A DNA stretch of 64,000 bases from Chrysomallon squamiferum (GCA_012295275.1 CM022671.1:10478001-10542000); one strand, 5' to 3'. Positions 38,001 to 52,223 are shown, counted from the stretch's first letter. Numbers and translations: made by a program. The notes: a model not told the origin generated them from the letters alone.

Positions 38001-39545
38001 ACATAAACAGTCATCAGTGAAAAACAAAACAAAGAAAAATAAAAAGTAATAACACTAAATACTAAAAGCAATTGAATAGCAGATAGCTAGTTATTTGGGA
38101 GCTTTAAAATTTATATATAATAAAGAATTAAACATGAAAAAATGCTCACAAGATGGAAAGAAAGATCTTTGTATTAAGTTTAAATTGTTGGTTACCGTAG
38201 TAAAGTATCTGAACTGAAGTAATGTTAATTACTAGTAATAAGTACATCTGGCATAAATTTTACTTTTTTGAAATTCTCAATTACAATATGTAGATTAAAT
38301 TAAACAAAAGGAAATAATATTAGTGGTTTTTTTAAAAGATCAACAAACTTGACATTATTTAAATTATGTACAGTGATGAAATACTAAGTACTGTTAGATT
38401 TATTTTAATGTATTCTACGTTTGGCCATTCAACACAAACCAAGAATAGTCTCGGTTTCTTTTAACAATCATTGATGAGATCAGACTCATGCACACTTTTT
38501 GATATTTTTAAGCAATGTTGCATTTTGTAATACTATATTTATAAATTCAGAAGTTTCTAATCAGATCTATAAAATTCAACAGATAAAACTATTATATAAG
38601 AAAACATTTGAACGAAAGCTGAGTTGGTTGCTTGAAATAAGCACATTTCATTAAAGCTGTGCCCCATAAATGGTGTAACCACCCTAGATAAAACAGTCCT
38701 GTGAATGTAGTCTAATCCTTGACAATTCTGATGCTTGACTATTGTGTTTTGCTGACCTTTTGGAATCCATTTTAGATTGTGATTGTTTCCACCCTCCTGT
38801 CTGCTGATTGATGTGTGTCATACTTACTGATAATTCTGGTTCTTATTTGAAAATGTCTACTAAAATTTCAATTTTGATATCAAATTCTACAATTAAAATC
38901 ATAGATGCATATTTCTTGCTAGTTAATTTCATTTGTGCATTCATACAAGAGGTATCTAAGAAGCACTAGATAAAAAAGAAGAAAAAAGGAATAATAATAA
39001 AATTAAAACAAAAAACTGTTTAATGCACTGTAATCTAAGAAGCACTAGATAAAAAATAATAAGAAAAAAGAAACAATAATAAAATTAAAAAAACTGTTTA
39101 TTGCACTGTTATATAATGTAAACTTAAATATTTTAATTCTTTGATGATCTGGGCAGGAATAGTGACTGACCGATACATAACTGGAATGATGTTATTGTTC
39201 CTGTAGGGCAGACAGATCAGCAGAGAATTACAGCACAATTCTTTCTTCTCTATGATGGTCTGTGCAGTAGCAGTGAATGACCAGAGAATAATCTGGAACA
39301 AATTCATTACTCCTGTGGGGCAGACAGATCATTGTAGAGCTTTCACTTTTAACTGTGGTACAGTACCAGTCTCCTCATTAAGATTCAGTCTGATAAGTAT
39401 CTATTAGAACATAAGTATGTTTATAGTATTAGCATTTTACTTATTAAGTGCTTACTATGATGCACTAATTGTTAAGCACATAGAACGGTGAGAGCCAGAA
39501 TTTAACATCCCGAATCTGTAAATATGACACTTTTCCTCCAGTGAA
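35020..39545. repeat. Diverged ~0.8 kb direct duplication (35020-35830 vs 38680-39545)
   Basis: Shared AAACAGTCCTG, CCACCCTCCTGTCTG, AAGAAGCACTAGATAAA, TTGATGATCTGG.CAGGAATAGTGACTGACC, TGTAAATATGACACTT. Confidence 0.88.
37408..37590. mobile_element. Small piggyBac-type MITE remnant
   Basis: TTAA|TCTCTTGAGTAGC ... GGTAGTGAAGAGG|TTAA: imperfect TIRs flanked by TTAA. Confidence 0.45.
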
Positions 39546-42500
39546 TAGGATGATGGCGGCATGGTTTTCGAATCTTTAAATTTAGTATTTCAGTTTTGCA
39601 TTTTTTAAATTTATTTCTTTATTTATTTATTTATGACAAAAACCATATTAAATTACTGATAATTATCTGGTGAAATCTTACATGCCTAAACCGTGTAATC
39701 ATAATTATTGTATTGGAATGGTAAAACTCCCCATATAATATTTGCTTCAAATTAACTAATATTTCCAATTTTAAAATAAGAATAATACAATTTCAGTAAT
39801 GAGCTAGGTTATATAATATATACTGATTTGGTGTGGTTAAAATACATATATTCCATGAACATTTTTTTAATATTAAAAGATGTTACTAGGTGTTAATTGT
39901 TTAAATTGTACAGCTTTTTCTGATGTGCTTATTTCAAATTGCCAACAAGTTTAAGATTTCTATGCTACTGTGATATATCTGTTTTTTCATATTTCATTTT
40001 TGTCATAATATCATTTGATTAAAGTTACTAAAGTTAATACTGACAAATATTGCATTAATCCTATTATTTAAGTTGTCATATACTTTTTCACTATTACATT
40101 TAATTTATGGTAGCTACTATACTTTCATAGTGATATTACTGTGTTGGACAAAAAAAAAAATGCTTTCAGTTAACAAATATATCTTAAAATAACCATAATT
40201 GTTACAATAACAATAATTATCTAGATTAATATTTATTGCATTGGATTGGATAAAACACACACACACACAAAATAAAATAAAATAAAACAAGCAAACATTT
40301 GTTTCAAATTATCGAATATTTCTAACATTAACATAGTCACATTATAATATCAGTAATTAGGCATTTCTTTAATATTTATTATACTAAAGTGGTTAAAAAA
40401 TGATAATTAAAACAAAATAAATGAATGTTGCTGTTACTAAAAAAAATCACTTTATAGCAGGTAGATGTCAGTGCTTTAAAATTCACAATTTTGTCTGATG
40501 TGAATATATCTAATCACTGTGTAGTACATGATTTATATTCTATAGACATATTCCCTAACTGTTGTCATTTTCATCATATTATCCTTTGATTGATGTTACT
40601 ACAATACTTTCAAATACTGTATTAAAACATAAAAATAAAATTTTCATAAAATAACAAATTTTGATGTTATGTTTATTTTTTTATATAATTCAGTTTAGGT
40701 AACATAAAACACAAAACCTTTGTTTAAATGAATAAATTAAATCAGTTGGTTAAAAATCACATCTACATAAAGGAAACTTCTGCTTAAGACACTTTGTAGA
40801 ATTTGGAGCTTGGAGTCTTTTACTCTTTTGTGTATTACTAACAGTAAATAATTTTAACAATTAAATGGACAAGTTTTCATTTTTTATTATGATGTTTTAA
40901 ATAATTAAGAATATCTCTATCTCTAATTATTCTATATTTGATCCAGTAACATTACTAAATTAACCTTATTAAAATACTAGGTGTCATCATTTCAAATTTA
41001 CAATTCTGTCTCCTGTGATTATTCCTAATAAGTAACAAGTATTAGAGATAAAATTCAACTGTAATAACTATAAATTTTGGGATTATATCAATTAATTAAA
41101 GTAGCTGCCTGAGAGATATTAAAATTTTTCTGTAATATAATTTAATGGTATGATAAAATATTTTGATAAACATACTGATTTACAAAGCTTTTCTGTTTAA
41201 CAGACAAATGAATTAATAAATCAATTAAAGAATAACACAAAATATCATGCTGTGATACATGCAGCTCAACGTTTATATTGTGCTTAAAATATATTTGTAT
41301 TTGCTTCAAAACTACTATTACCACATGACTTCTTTTAAAGACATAATAAATGTTAACAGTAATTGCATCCACCCAGATTGAGAGTAGTGCCGTGATACTG
41401 AGTGATGGTTTTTATGTCTCAATACAACTAATCATACCAGTTACTGGTAATAAGCTAAAATGTACAGTTTTGTCTGGTGAGCTTATTTCATTTAATTTCT
41501 ACAATAAATTCATTTTACTAGACAGATGCACATAAAATAAAATATTGCCAAATAACGAAGTAGTTTCTTGTCATCAGCAACGACAATTAAGATAATTAAA
41601 AAAAAGAAAATAAATACATCAAAAATTGAAAATATACAACTTACTCTCACGAGCTTGTTTCTAATAACTAAAAAGTAATATTAGTGGTATAATGATGTAG
41701 ATCTTCATGTTTATTGTCACTATATATAACTCTTTTTAGCTACCAAACTGCCATTATTACAAAAAGAAAAATTACTAAATATTTATTTTTTTCTATTTCA
41801 TAGCATAGTTAATTTTTTATTTCTTTATAATATATAAATGATGAAACAATGTGGTTATAAATACCTAGTTTGTGTCGTGTCTTAAGAAGGTACAAGTTGT
41901 ACTTGGTTTTTCATAACATTTAACATTAAACCAATTTAATAGATATAAACTAACTTCAGAACTAATGCATCTGTATCTTAGTCATTCATATTTTCTGGGA
42001 TTTTATTGTTTCCATTTACCTTTTTGAATATATTCCCACCAATTGTCACCTTTATTAAAAATCATTTAAATCTTCATTCACATTTAATGCTGGTCAAAAA
42101 AGACAAAGGTCACATTTAACCTTAATTCAATGAATAAATAAATAAATAAATTACCTATGTTACATTATCAGTAACTAGCTAGGCATCTGTCTCTGGTGTG
42201 CTTATTTCTAAAAATTATCAAGTGCTGCATTTAAATCATCCTGTGACATAACTTTCCTCTGATTATTCCATCTTCATTATTTTAGATATTGAATTTAATA
42301 TTGTTACTTTTATTTTAGATAAAACATTACAATAAAGTTTTGTTCATGTATTAAATATTGATATATTGTGACTAGATTTAATTTGAATAAAGTTATTATT
42401 ATAATATATAAAAAGACCTAGACAGCCTTTTCTCTCTCATTGTAAGCTATTTATTTAATTGTTGCTGGTTAAAATAGATTAAGTTAGAAGTTCTGTCAAA

Positions 42501-42596
42501 GAATCAGCAGGGTAAAAATTCACATAAATGTGCTTCTAAACATTGTACTGTTAACCATAAGTAATGTTTTTAAAAATATGTATATCACTACTAATT

Positions 42597-42760
42597 CATC
42601 CACCCTCATGAGACTGGTACCTTGTTGTGGTGGGGTGGCTTGAGAGTCTCGAGGACCCAGAGAGCTATGCCGGCTGGAGTATCAGCTCCTGATAGGTCTA
42701 ACCATGTCGGAAAGGTCAAAGGAGAGAGTCCAGACAAAAGTCAGTCTCCCAGCCCTACTT
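42597..42760 (+). mobile_element. Isolated RTE-clade LINE 5' leader with nested double-pseudoknot potential
   Basis: ACCTTGTTGTGGTGGGGTGGCTTG...GAGCTATGCC...CCAGACAAAAG resembles the conserved 5' region of RTE elements; GC-rich island in AT-rich flanks. Confidence 0.7.
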
Positions 42761-44949
42761 CTTAAGAGAGTTTGGCTATCCTTTTATCTGCTAGTTTTTA
42801 GTTAAGTTTTAAGCCAAGGTTTATTTTAATTTTTTAAATGATAAGTAACTGATTTTACATCACAAATAATGAGGTTAATGAAAATATACAACTGTCTGGT
42901 GTGCTTATTTCTAACAACTAATAAACTTAAGAGAATATCACATTAATCATAATGTACTGGATGAGATTTTGGAGGATTTTATTTGTCCAGTTCTTACTTC
43001 CTTTAGAATTGCTGCATTGGAAGTTCTAATAAAGATAATAATATTATTATTATTTTCATTATTATCAAAGCATCATCCTGTGTGAAGTCTTCACCATAAA
43101 GAACAAAAAACAAACAAAAACAATTATTTAACTGTTACGTACAAGTTTGTCTGGTGTGCTTATTTCTATGATCTAAACTGGCTTGTATTTTATTTAGTGC
43201 ATTTAATTCTTCATTAAACAAAATAAAAATGAAAAAACTCTAAATTGAATTAGTTCCAAATGAAGCTGTTAAAATATTTCAAAAATTGATTTCTCATCAG
43301 CTAACCTTCATTTTAAATAATAAGTAATAATGATAGAGCTAAGTAAGACACATATAAATGTTCTTCTAAAGGGTTTTTTAAATGTGGAGTTTTTTATTTA
43401 ATTTTTATTATTATTTTTTTTTTTTATATTATCAGGTTTTTCTCCTAAGTACTTACACATTAAATGATCAAAAATTATTTCAAAGTAACCATATTTCATC
43501 TGTTAGTAATTAAATATAAAAAAAATATATATATATTATTTGTTATAATTTACCATCTTCCTCTAAAGATTTTAGTTTTTGTCATTTGTTTGTTAACTGG
43601 GTGATTTTCTCAATAATTTTAATACTGAGAAATACAAAATAAGAAAACAAATATGAAATCTATTTTTGTTATTACATATATTTTTTGTAATTTCTACATA
43701 ATTTCAGAAAATAAATATCAGAGCTTTTGGGGTAGGTTTGTCTTATTTAAAATCAATGATGTTACATACCAGCAATTAGCATGACTTATGCATTAAAGTT
43801 AAAACTTTGATTAGTTTCCAAAATAATTGAAAATGTTTAGATTTGTATTTTCACTGTTACCATTATACACATTGGTTCATGAAACTTCAAAAAAAAAAAA
43901 AAAAAAAAAAAGTTACCCTCAAGTTATTATTTTGAAACATTTTGCACACCTCAGGTTTGAATTTCAGATTTCCTATAATATAGTAAGTCAAAATGTAAAA
44001 TGTATTAGTAGCATAGATTACAGACAGGCAGTTTCATATTAGTAACCTCTTTTTCATTTTCAGTTTTTGTTTTGTCTTACTTTTCCTGTTTTACATTATA
44101 AATTTTCTTTTATCAAACTTGAATAATATTTTTGAGATTTCAGTTTGTTTTCCTGAGCTCATTCTTTAAGTGCTTTTGTTCACATGCATATGTTCATTTC
44201 ATTGTAATACTTGAATACTGAAACAGTCAATTTTCTATCTTTTAGTTTCCATTCTATAGAATACTTCATCATTTGGGTGTTTATGAAAATTGGGTAAAGC
44301 ATGTTCATAAAACTTTTTTCTAATTTAATTTTATTATTATTATTATTTATTATTATTATTATTATTATTTAATAGAAAATTCAGTTAGCCAAGAATACAT
44401 GTTAATTTGTTTTCTCTAATTTCATCTTGCTGGTTAGAAACAGAAGGTATGTTAAAGTTTGCAAAACATCACTTTTGAAACTCACTGGAATGTTAACTAT
44501 CTTCTTTTGAAAGAAACTGCAGTCTCAACTGACCATCTTTCTAAAATCACTGTTATGTTAAATGATCATCTTTCTAAAGTCAGTGCAATGTTGATACATC
44601 TTCTTTCTGATGCCATGGTATTTTTAAATATCAGTCTTACTCTGTTATCTTTCTCATTTTTCTATTTCATTTCTGTGTTCTGGCAATTCAGTGGTGGTGC
44701 CCTGTTGTTTTCCTAGAACACAGTTTAAAGTAGATAATTTAAGCCTGTTTATTCCTTAATGCTCTGACTGAGCCATTTCAAAATCCAGTCAGTGTTCTGT
44801 GAGTTGTTTGTCAACTTTTCTCTTTCTTATTACATTCTGATACGTCAGTAAAGTTTTGTTCATTCATTCTATAAATTGTAATATTTTATTAAACTTTTAG
44901 TTTATTTAAGATAATTTAGTCCTTCATAATAAAAACTGTGATCTTACCA

Positions 44950-45900
44950 ATTCAACTTTCTCATTTTGTGTTCCCAAACTGTATCATCATTTTATTTACT
45001 TCTTTTCACTAAAATGTGTTACAGAAATTCTGTAAAGATGATTCCTTCTGGAAAGACAGTAATTCTTGTGTACCTTTAGTGACCCCTATAATAGTTAGAA
45101 GTCTAGAGTTATCTTGTTCCTAACTACTTTAGGTGGTTCAGTCCACTGACCCACAATTTAAGCCCCTTTCTGGCATAGCAAGGTTTCATTGATCAAATGC
45201 AATGAGTGGATATAATTTCCTTTCTGCTGTTAGGTACTTGCTATTTTTCTGAAATGGCAACAATGTCTAATTCTGAGTTTAAGCAGTCATTTCCATTACA
45301 CTGAGTATGTTCTGATAAGATTTAATTTCACTATTTAAAAATCAGATTTCAAAAATAGATTGTTTATGATATATACCACACCAGTGAATTATGGAATTCT
45401 ACTCAAAAAGAAAAAGCCATATTCATGACAGGATGTTAACTAACCGAAGTAGAGTGCAGAGGTCATGTTTTAAAGCTGTTCTCTAGGTTCTTGCTCATTT
45501 GCTGGGATCATTCAAAAATCATTTTACTATCCTTCTTTAGCTCGTTCTTTCTTTAATATTGTTCTACAGTAACTTGCTGTTCTGGGAATTCAGGATAACT
45601 GCCCCATTCTCTTTGCCCAGAACTGAAAGTTACTAGGGAATACTCTACTTTCACTACAAAGTCTTTTAATTACTTCTTGGTTTAATTCACTGTTAAAGTT
45701 TTTCAGCAACACAATTCTTTAAGTTTAAATGATTTTCCTTCCACCTTTCTGTTAGTAAATCAATGGGTCCCAGCAAAGTTCTGTCAGTTTTGGATTCCTT
45801 TAGGAATATTCTTCATCTGTTACAAGAAAATGAACAGCTTCTGCAAAAATTCTGTCTGCTTTTCTTACTGAAAGTCAAGTTACAATATCCTTTTCTGTAT
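44950..45900 (-). mobile_element. Possible very old LINE (CR1/L2-like) remnant
   Basis: Minus-strand LDIVAISE resembles the APE endonuclease DI.AISETW motif; otherwise unreadable. Confidence 0.25.
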
Positions 45901-46119
45901 AAATAATTCTCAGAAGGAACAATAAGGAAAACTGTCCAAATTACTGGACATTTTTAGTTCCAAACAGCATACAAAAAAACTTAGTTGTCATCAATGTTTA
46001 TGTATAGACACAGAAAAACTAGGAAAACAGAAAGAAGAGAAGAGAAAAATGTGGAATAGCATTAAAAATTCAAACTCAGAAAAATAATGTTCTAAAAATC
46101 TTAGTATCATTAAATTACT

Positions 46120-46122
<3 letters not shown>

Positions 46123-46198
<76 letters not shown>
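46123..46198. repeat. (AC)n microsatellite
   Basis: Pure AC run. Confidence 0.98.
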
Positions 46199-46201
<3 letters not shown>

Positions 46202-46317
46202 CACAAACACATACACATGAACAAAATACTTAATCAGTTAATGCATTCTCTTTCTGGACACAGTTAACCACTCTTAACAAATGTTAAGAATTTTCTTGTT
46301 ATTATCATATCATTGTC

Positions 46318-46398
<81 letters not shown>

Positions 46399-49219
46399 TT
46401 CTTTTGTTAGAAAAGTAAAAGTTCCCTTTTCTCTCTTTTTGTTGTTTACTGCATCATTTTCTATGTCTTCTCCATTACTGGAAATTGAGCTTGGATTTAT
46501 TAAAATCAATGTCACTTACACCAAATTTAATAAAACAATTTTTGAAAACGTTGATCAATTCATAAGTGTGATTTCTATTTCTTCATTATCAGTTACACTT
46601 TGTTCTATGCTAGAACACCTCGTGAATATTCATTCTAAATTTTATATATTTATTTATTTAATTAAAAACAAAAGCAATCTTATTAAATTTGAATGGTTTA
46701 TTGTAACATTTTTTTTTAAACTATTATATTTACAGTATTTTGCTTTTTTATTTTTTTCCTGTACTTAGAAAAATCATCAGATGTATTATTTCTTTCATCA
46801 TTTTCATTTTTAATATGAAAATAAAGCTATTCACTACTGAATGTAAATGGTTTATACAAAACCATAGAGCAACTATTGAGAATGTATGATTTATTGTTAA
46901 TTATCTTTATATTTTGTGTCATTTACTCATTTTTAATGTTTTTATAACCAGTAACCATTGAGAATGTATAATTTTATTGACAACTTACATTTTGTGACAC
47001 ATTCCTAATTTTTTATGTTTTTTAATCGGTAAACATGTTTACTGTTTTTACATGTATATTGTGTTATCTTAACCAACTTTTTACAAAATGCACTCTTTAT
47101 TTTATTGCCCATAATGCATTTTACATTGTTTGCTAAACAATTTAAATTTTTTAATAATTTATATTTTAAATTTGTACCTTTTTAAAACAATATTTGATTG
47201 TGCCAAATAAGTTTTCTATTGTTTGAAACCTGTATTATGCCCAGTACATTTGTATTCTGATAATAGTACTAGTACTATTACACTGTTATATTGAAAATAT
47301 TTCAATAAATGGCTTAATTGAATTTCTTGTTTGTTGTTATTAGTATAGTTATTTGTGCACAAATTAATTTTCAGCTTACAGAGTGTAATTTTATAAATAA
47401 CAAATACAAATGGTTTTTGATGTGTTTATGATTTGACACATCAATTGAAATAGTTTCATTGTTTCGTGAAAGAATATATGCTGGCATTAAAGTCAGTTAA
47501 GTAAAGAAACACCTAAAACACTGACGTCTATACATAAAATATTTTAAGAGGACTGACAATCTTGACAACAGTCATACCCTTGGATCAGTCTGTTGTTAAA
47601 ACAATTTCTGGGATTCATAAATGATATTGCATGAAATGTAATGAATGAAACATGAATCAATGTTCAACAAACTTGATTATTCTATTGATGACTGGTACTG
47701 GGATGATCCTCAAGTCATACTGACAGATATCTTAGAAGAAATTAATAACATTTGTTTGAATATACATTTAGGAAGGAATTTACAATCAAAGAATAATCAA
47801 TCAAGCTATTAAAAGAAGAAAGAAAATATTTTACAAAAGTTAAAATGTTATTTTCAAATAGCCCAAATCTGCTGCATTAACACTATCAGATCATATATTT
47901 AAATTATTTCAGATCATATTATTTTACAACTTAAATCATGAAAAGAAAAGGAAAGGAAAGGGAAAAGAAACATACGCTATCAAAATATTCTCTTAATTTT
48001 AAAAGTAATGAGAACACAACATCTAACACTTAAGATTTCATTTATCACTATTATTACTTAGCATTTGTTTGATTATTGTTGTTGTTTTTAGTTTATTCTT
48101 ATTATTTTTATCATTTTTTCTTTATTAACTTGTGCATTATATAGATACTTCTCCCATTAGTGATATTTGAATGTAAAAGTTATTTCTCTTAGACCAATTT
48201 ATTTAGAAAGAGAATCATGAATATATTGCTAGACATTTTCATGTCCATTAACAAGAAAGGAAAAAAGATGGATAAATGTTCTGTTAAAGAGGTTCTATAA
48301 ATCTGGAGTGTTTACTTTTTTCTGCATTTTTTCTTCAGTTATGAGTGCTGTTTCATCTAAATACATGTATAATAATTATTTAAAGTTACCATATTTCATA
48401 TATTATTTTAATAACAGTATGTTAAAAACTTGTTTAATCTCAAGCTTGTGATTTATTAATATAATCACAAAAGTAATGGATAATTGATTATTCTTCGGAG
48501 AAGCTGTTTTTCATATATACTTATGTTTAATCCAGCATAGTTAGTTTGTTTTATCTTTGTTTAATTTGGAAAAAATTACTCATTTCAAATTGTGGCAACC
48601 TTTTACTAGCAAGAGAGGCCTGGCTACAATTGTTAATATTTTATTTATTTTTTTAACTTGGTTTCCATTCTTGGTCTAACAGTAAAAGTACCTTTTGGTT
48701 CTAGAGCTTAATCTATTTCCTGTCACTACATGTAATTAAATACAATTTAAAAATTGTAATTTTCTTCCCAACTGTTATGGTGTAGCCTTATTTGATAATT
48801 CTAAAAAAAAAATGAACTATCAAGCATAATTGAAAAGAAGATATTCCATATGCATCAGTTAATTTATTAACATAGATAAAAGGAAGAGAAATAACATTCA
48901 TGTTTAGTAACTATAAATTTGTTTATATTATGTTCTCTGTATGACATTGTTGAATCAAAGTGAATAAATATGATGAAAACATGTTTATACATATTTATTG
49001 TATTAGTTAAATATTGGTCTTCAGACATTCAGTTTTTAAAATGGTGCTGAAATTTTATTAATTTCTTTTTATACTACATAAATGAATACAGTTATGGCAC
49101 ATAATATATACAATAAGAATAAAAGTTATAAAATGTTATTTATTATTTGTTTGTTTTTTTACATTCTTTGTGGGGTTAAATCATAATTAAATGACTTTTT
49201 TGTTTTGTTTTAGGTTACT

Positions 49220-49427
49220 CTGTCAAAAATACATAGCGCATTATAAAAACATTTTATAACTCTGTGCCTTGCTTATTCATTATTACTTTTGTATGTTTAA
49301 TATATCGTAAATAAAAATTAATGAAATGAAGAGGTTTGACTTGTACAAAAAAATACCGTCAAATGTACTTCATTATGCTGAAACAGAATTGAAACCCTTT
49401 AAGAAAGTTATTTTACAAATAAGCCTA

Positions 49428-49489
<62 letters not shown>

Positions 49490-49612
49490 GTGTACATGTT
49501 AAAAGAATTAACAACAACAAGAACAAATTAAAAAAAAAAAAAAAAAAAAAAATTAAAATGAAAAAGTATAATGACAAAAGAAAACAATAAGGAAAAAAAT
49601 AATAATAAACGC

Positions 49613-49655
<43 letters not shown>

Positions 49656-50404
49656 AATGAAAAATAAATAAAAAAATAAAAAACCCAGACTGTCTTAAAA
49701 AGATAAGATATCGACGAGAATTTTATGTGTTTGAGTGTTTTTAAATATAAATTTCTTCCGTCATCAATGCCTGGTTTCATTTTACTTAAGTTGAACATAG
49801 AATGGACTCGTGGCAGGTTGTTTTTATTTTCATTATTAAACATTTCAGAGTCACGTCCCTTGTTAGATGTCGCTATTTCTCCAATATGTCAGCCTCCAGC
49901 TGAAAATTTTAACGCGTGTAATATAATGTAAATTTCAAATGAACTATATTAATTTTATTTAATTTCGGAGTAATTCCGTATTTTGACAGCAAGTCAAGAT
50001 TTCTAACTTCTAGTGTTTTCGTTGTCAACATAATCGGACATTTCTGTTTACATTAAAATTGGATTTAAACCGACATTGGCACAGGCTATATTTCTTGGTC
50101 AAAAAGTAAAGAATACTGATGTATGATCATGATGGAAACAGCAGTAAAAACATTATTGGAAAGGATACCGAATGGTTTAAGGACATTATCAGCAAAAGTC
50201 AAAAGAAAGTAAAAGAGGTTAGTAGAACCAGTTTTTTTTGTGTACATAAACAGAATTTTTTTCTCGAATCAATTTTTTTTTTATCCAGTTACATGCAGAA
50301 CTTTCAGTTAAACAAATAAATATATATATAAATGACACACTACTACATTTTGAACCTCTAGGTACATGCAGTTTCTGTGTTATTATTATTATTATTATTA
50401 TTAT

Positions 50405-50471
<67 letters not shown>

Positions 50472-50561
50472 TTGTGTTATTATTATTTATTATTAGTAGT
50501 AGTAGCTAGTAGTAGTAGTAGTAGTACATGCAGTTTTGTGTGTTATTATTATTATTATTAT

Positions 50562-50597
<36 letters not shown>

Positions 50598-50631
50598 GTA
50601 CATGCAGTTTCTGTGTTATTATTATTATTAT

Positions 50632-50663
<32 letters not shown>

Positions 50664-50836
50664 CATGCAGTTTCTGTGTTATTATTATTATTATTATTGT
50701 AGTAGTAGTAGTAGTAGTAGTAGTAGTACTAGGTACATGCAGTTTCTGTGTTATTATTATTATTATTATTTAGTAGTAGTAGTAGTAGTAGTAGTAGTAC
50801 TAGGTACATGCAGTTTCTGTGTTATTTTATTATTAT

Positions 50837-50871
<35 letters not shown>

Positions 50872-52187
50872 TTATAACGTGATGAATGATATTTGCAGAT
50901 GAACGTAAGACTTTATTTTAAATGGCATGGAAATGGTTTAAAAAGCATTAGTTTAAGTGACGAAGTACAGTCATATATAGTGTGATAATCTAATCGTATA
51001 TTAGAAATCATCAGTTACAGAAGAAACTGCATCCATTTTTGTTCCTGAAATGATCCAGTTATATAAATTATTATGTACTGTAACACAAACTACAATTTTA
51101 CTTTTTGGAAAAGTATTCTGGTCATATTGTTTGTCATCTCATACACTCTTGTGGTGATAAAGTACTTACATAGCATCCTTCCATCCATCCATGAATCCAG
51201 TAGACTTGAAATAACTGTATCAAAACATAATATATGTTGATAAAGGGACCTGATTTTTTAGAGAAAAATGTAGATAATATTATATGTGTTACAGAAGAAA
51301 ACCCAAGAAAAACCAAGTAAGATGTTACTTTGTATTCAGATTAAGCAGTTTCCTCAGTTTTTAGTGAAGATTTTTTTTAAGTGTGTAAGTTGAATCAAGA
51401 TGTCAATGACCCAGTTAATTAACTGTATCATAGATTATTATGTTGTCTTGGAAGAACTCTTTCTATAGCTTATTCTCCAGAACATCTTTTTTCAATCTCC
51501 CAGTGTTTACAAGAAAGTCTTCTTAATGTCTCAGTTTAGAGAACTCGGCTGTAAAATTGTCTACATCCTGCTTTGATTTAACTTCCATTTTTATGAAATC
51601 TTGGTGCTTGTTGGTCAGAGGCACAGTGAAAAGTATGTGTTTTGGCAGACAGCTAGATCAGTGTCTCTCCAGTGGGATGTAAAGTAATGCTGTCAGATGA
51701 GACATTAGCTCTTTGCTTATGGGAATCCTCAGTACAGGCATTGCAGGTTAAATCTGTTCTCCCATTCTGGCATTTTTGTAACATAGCATGGCAGTTTACA
51801 AACTGCTATTACTGTCCAGGGGGTGTCTTCCCATCTGGTAGAATTCCCTGGTTCATATAATTCCCATTTCGTAGAAAAAACTCATCTACTGCAATACCTG
51901 ATTACCTCTGTATATAATGAACTTGGCCTGTACATACATACATCTGGTTTCTTTCAACATTCAGAGGTGGAGTGCATTGTTCCTAAATCAGTTATGTAAC
52001 ATCAAAAGAAAGCAGAATAAGCATTCACTTTTGTTGTAGATTTTTACCTTTTTCATTATTATCATCATCATAATCATTATCATCAAAATTATTATTATTA
52101 TTATTAGAATATTATTACAGTTATTATTGTTGTTGTTGTTGTTATTATTATTATTATTATTATTATTTAATCTGGTCATTCTTATTG

Positions 52188-52223
<36 letters not shown>

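Noticed and set aside
32095-43175. Hammerhead ribozymes or coding micro-exons (LLEIST..) in the dispersed motif
   Set aside because: No CUGANGA core paired with GAAA stems; splice sites are not consistently present around the motif.
46264-46768. Poly-N/L/I/V/F ORFs (also 9840, 11569, 15890, 45991, 49553, 50528, 51988)
   Set aside because: Translations of (AAT)n, (AC)n, (AGT)n and poly-A/T tracts.
47530-47800. Short coding-looking stretch (NKLDYSIDDWYWDDPQVILTDILEEINNICL)
   Set aside because: Too short and interrupted to assign without a database search.
50361-50875. CRISPR-like repeat-spacer appearance
   Set aside because: Spacers are (ATT)n(AGT)n microsatellite, the context is eukaryotic and there are no cas genes.
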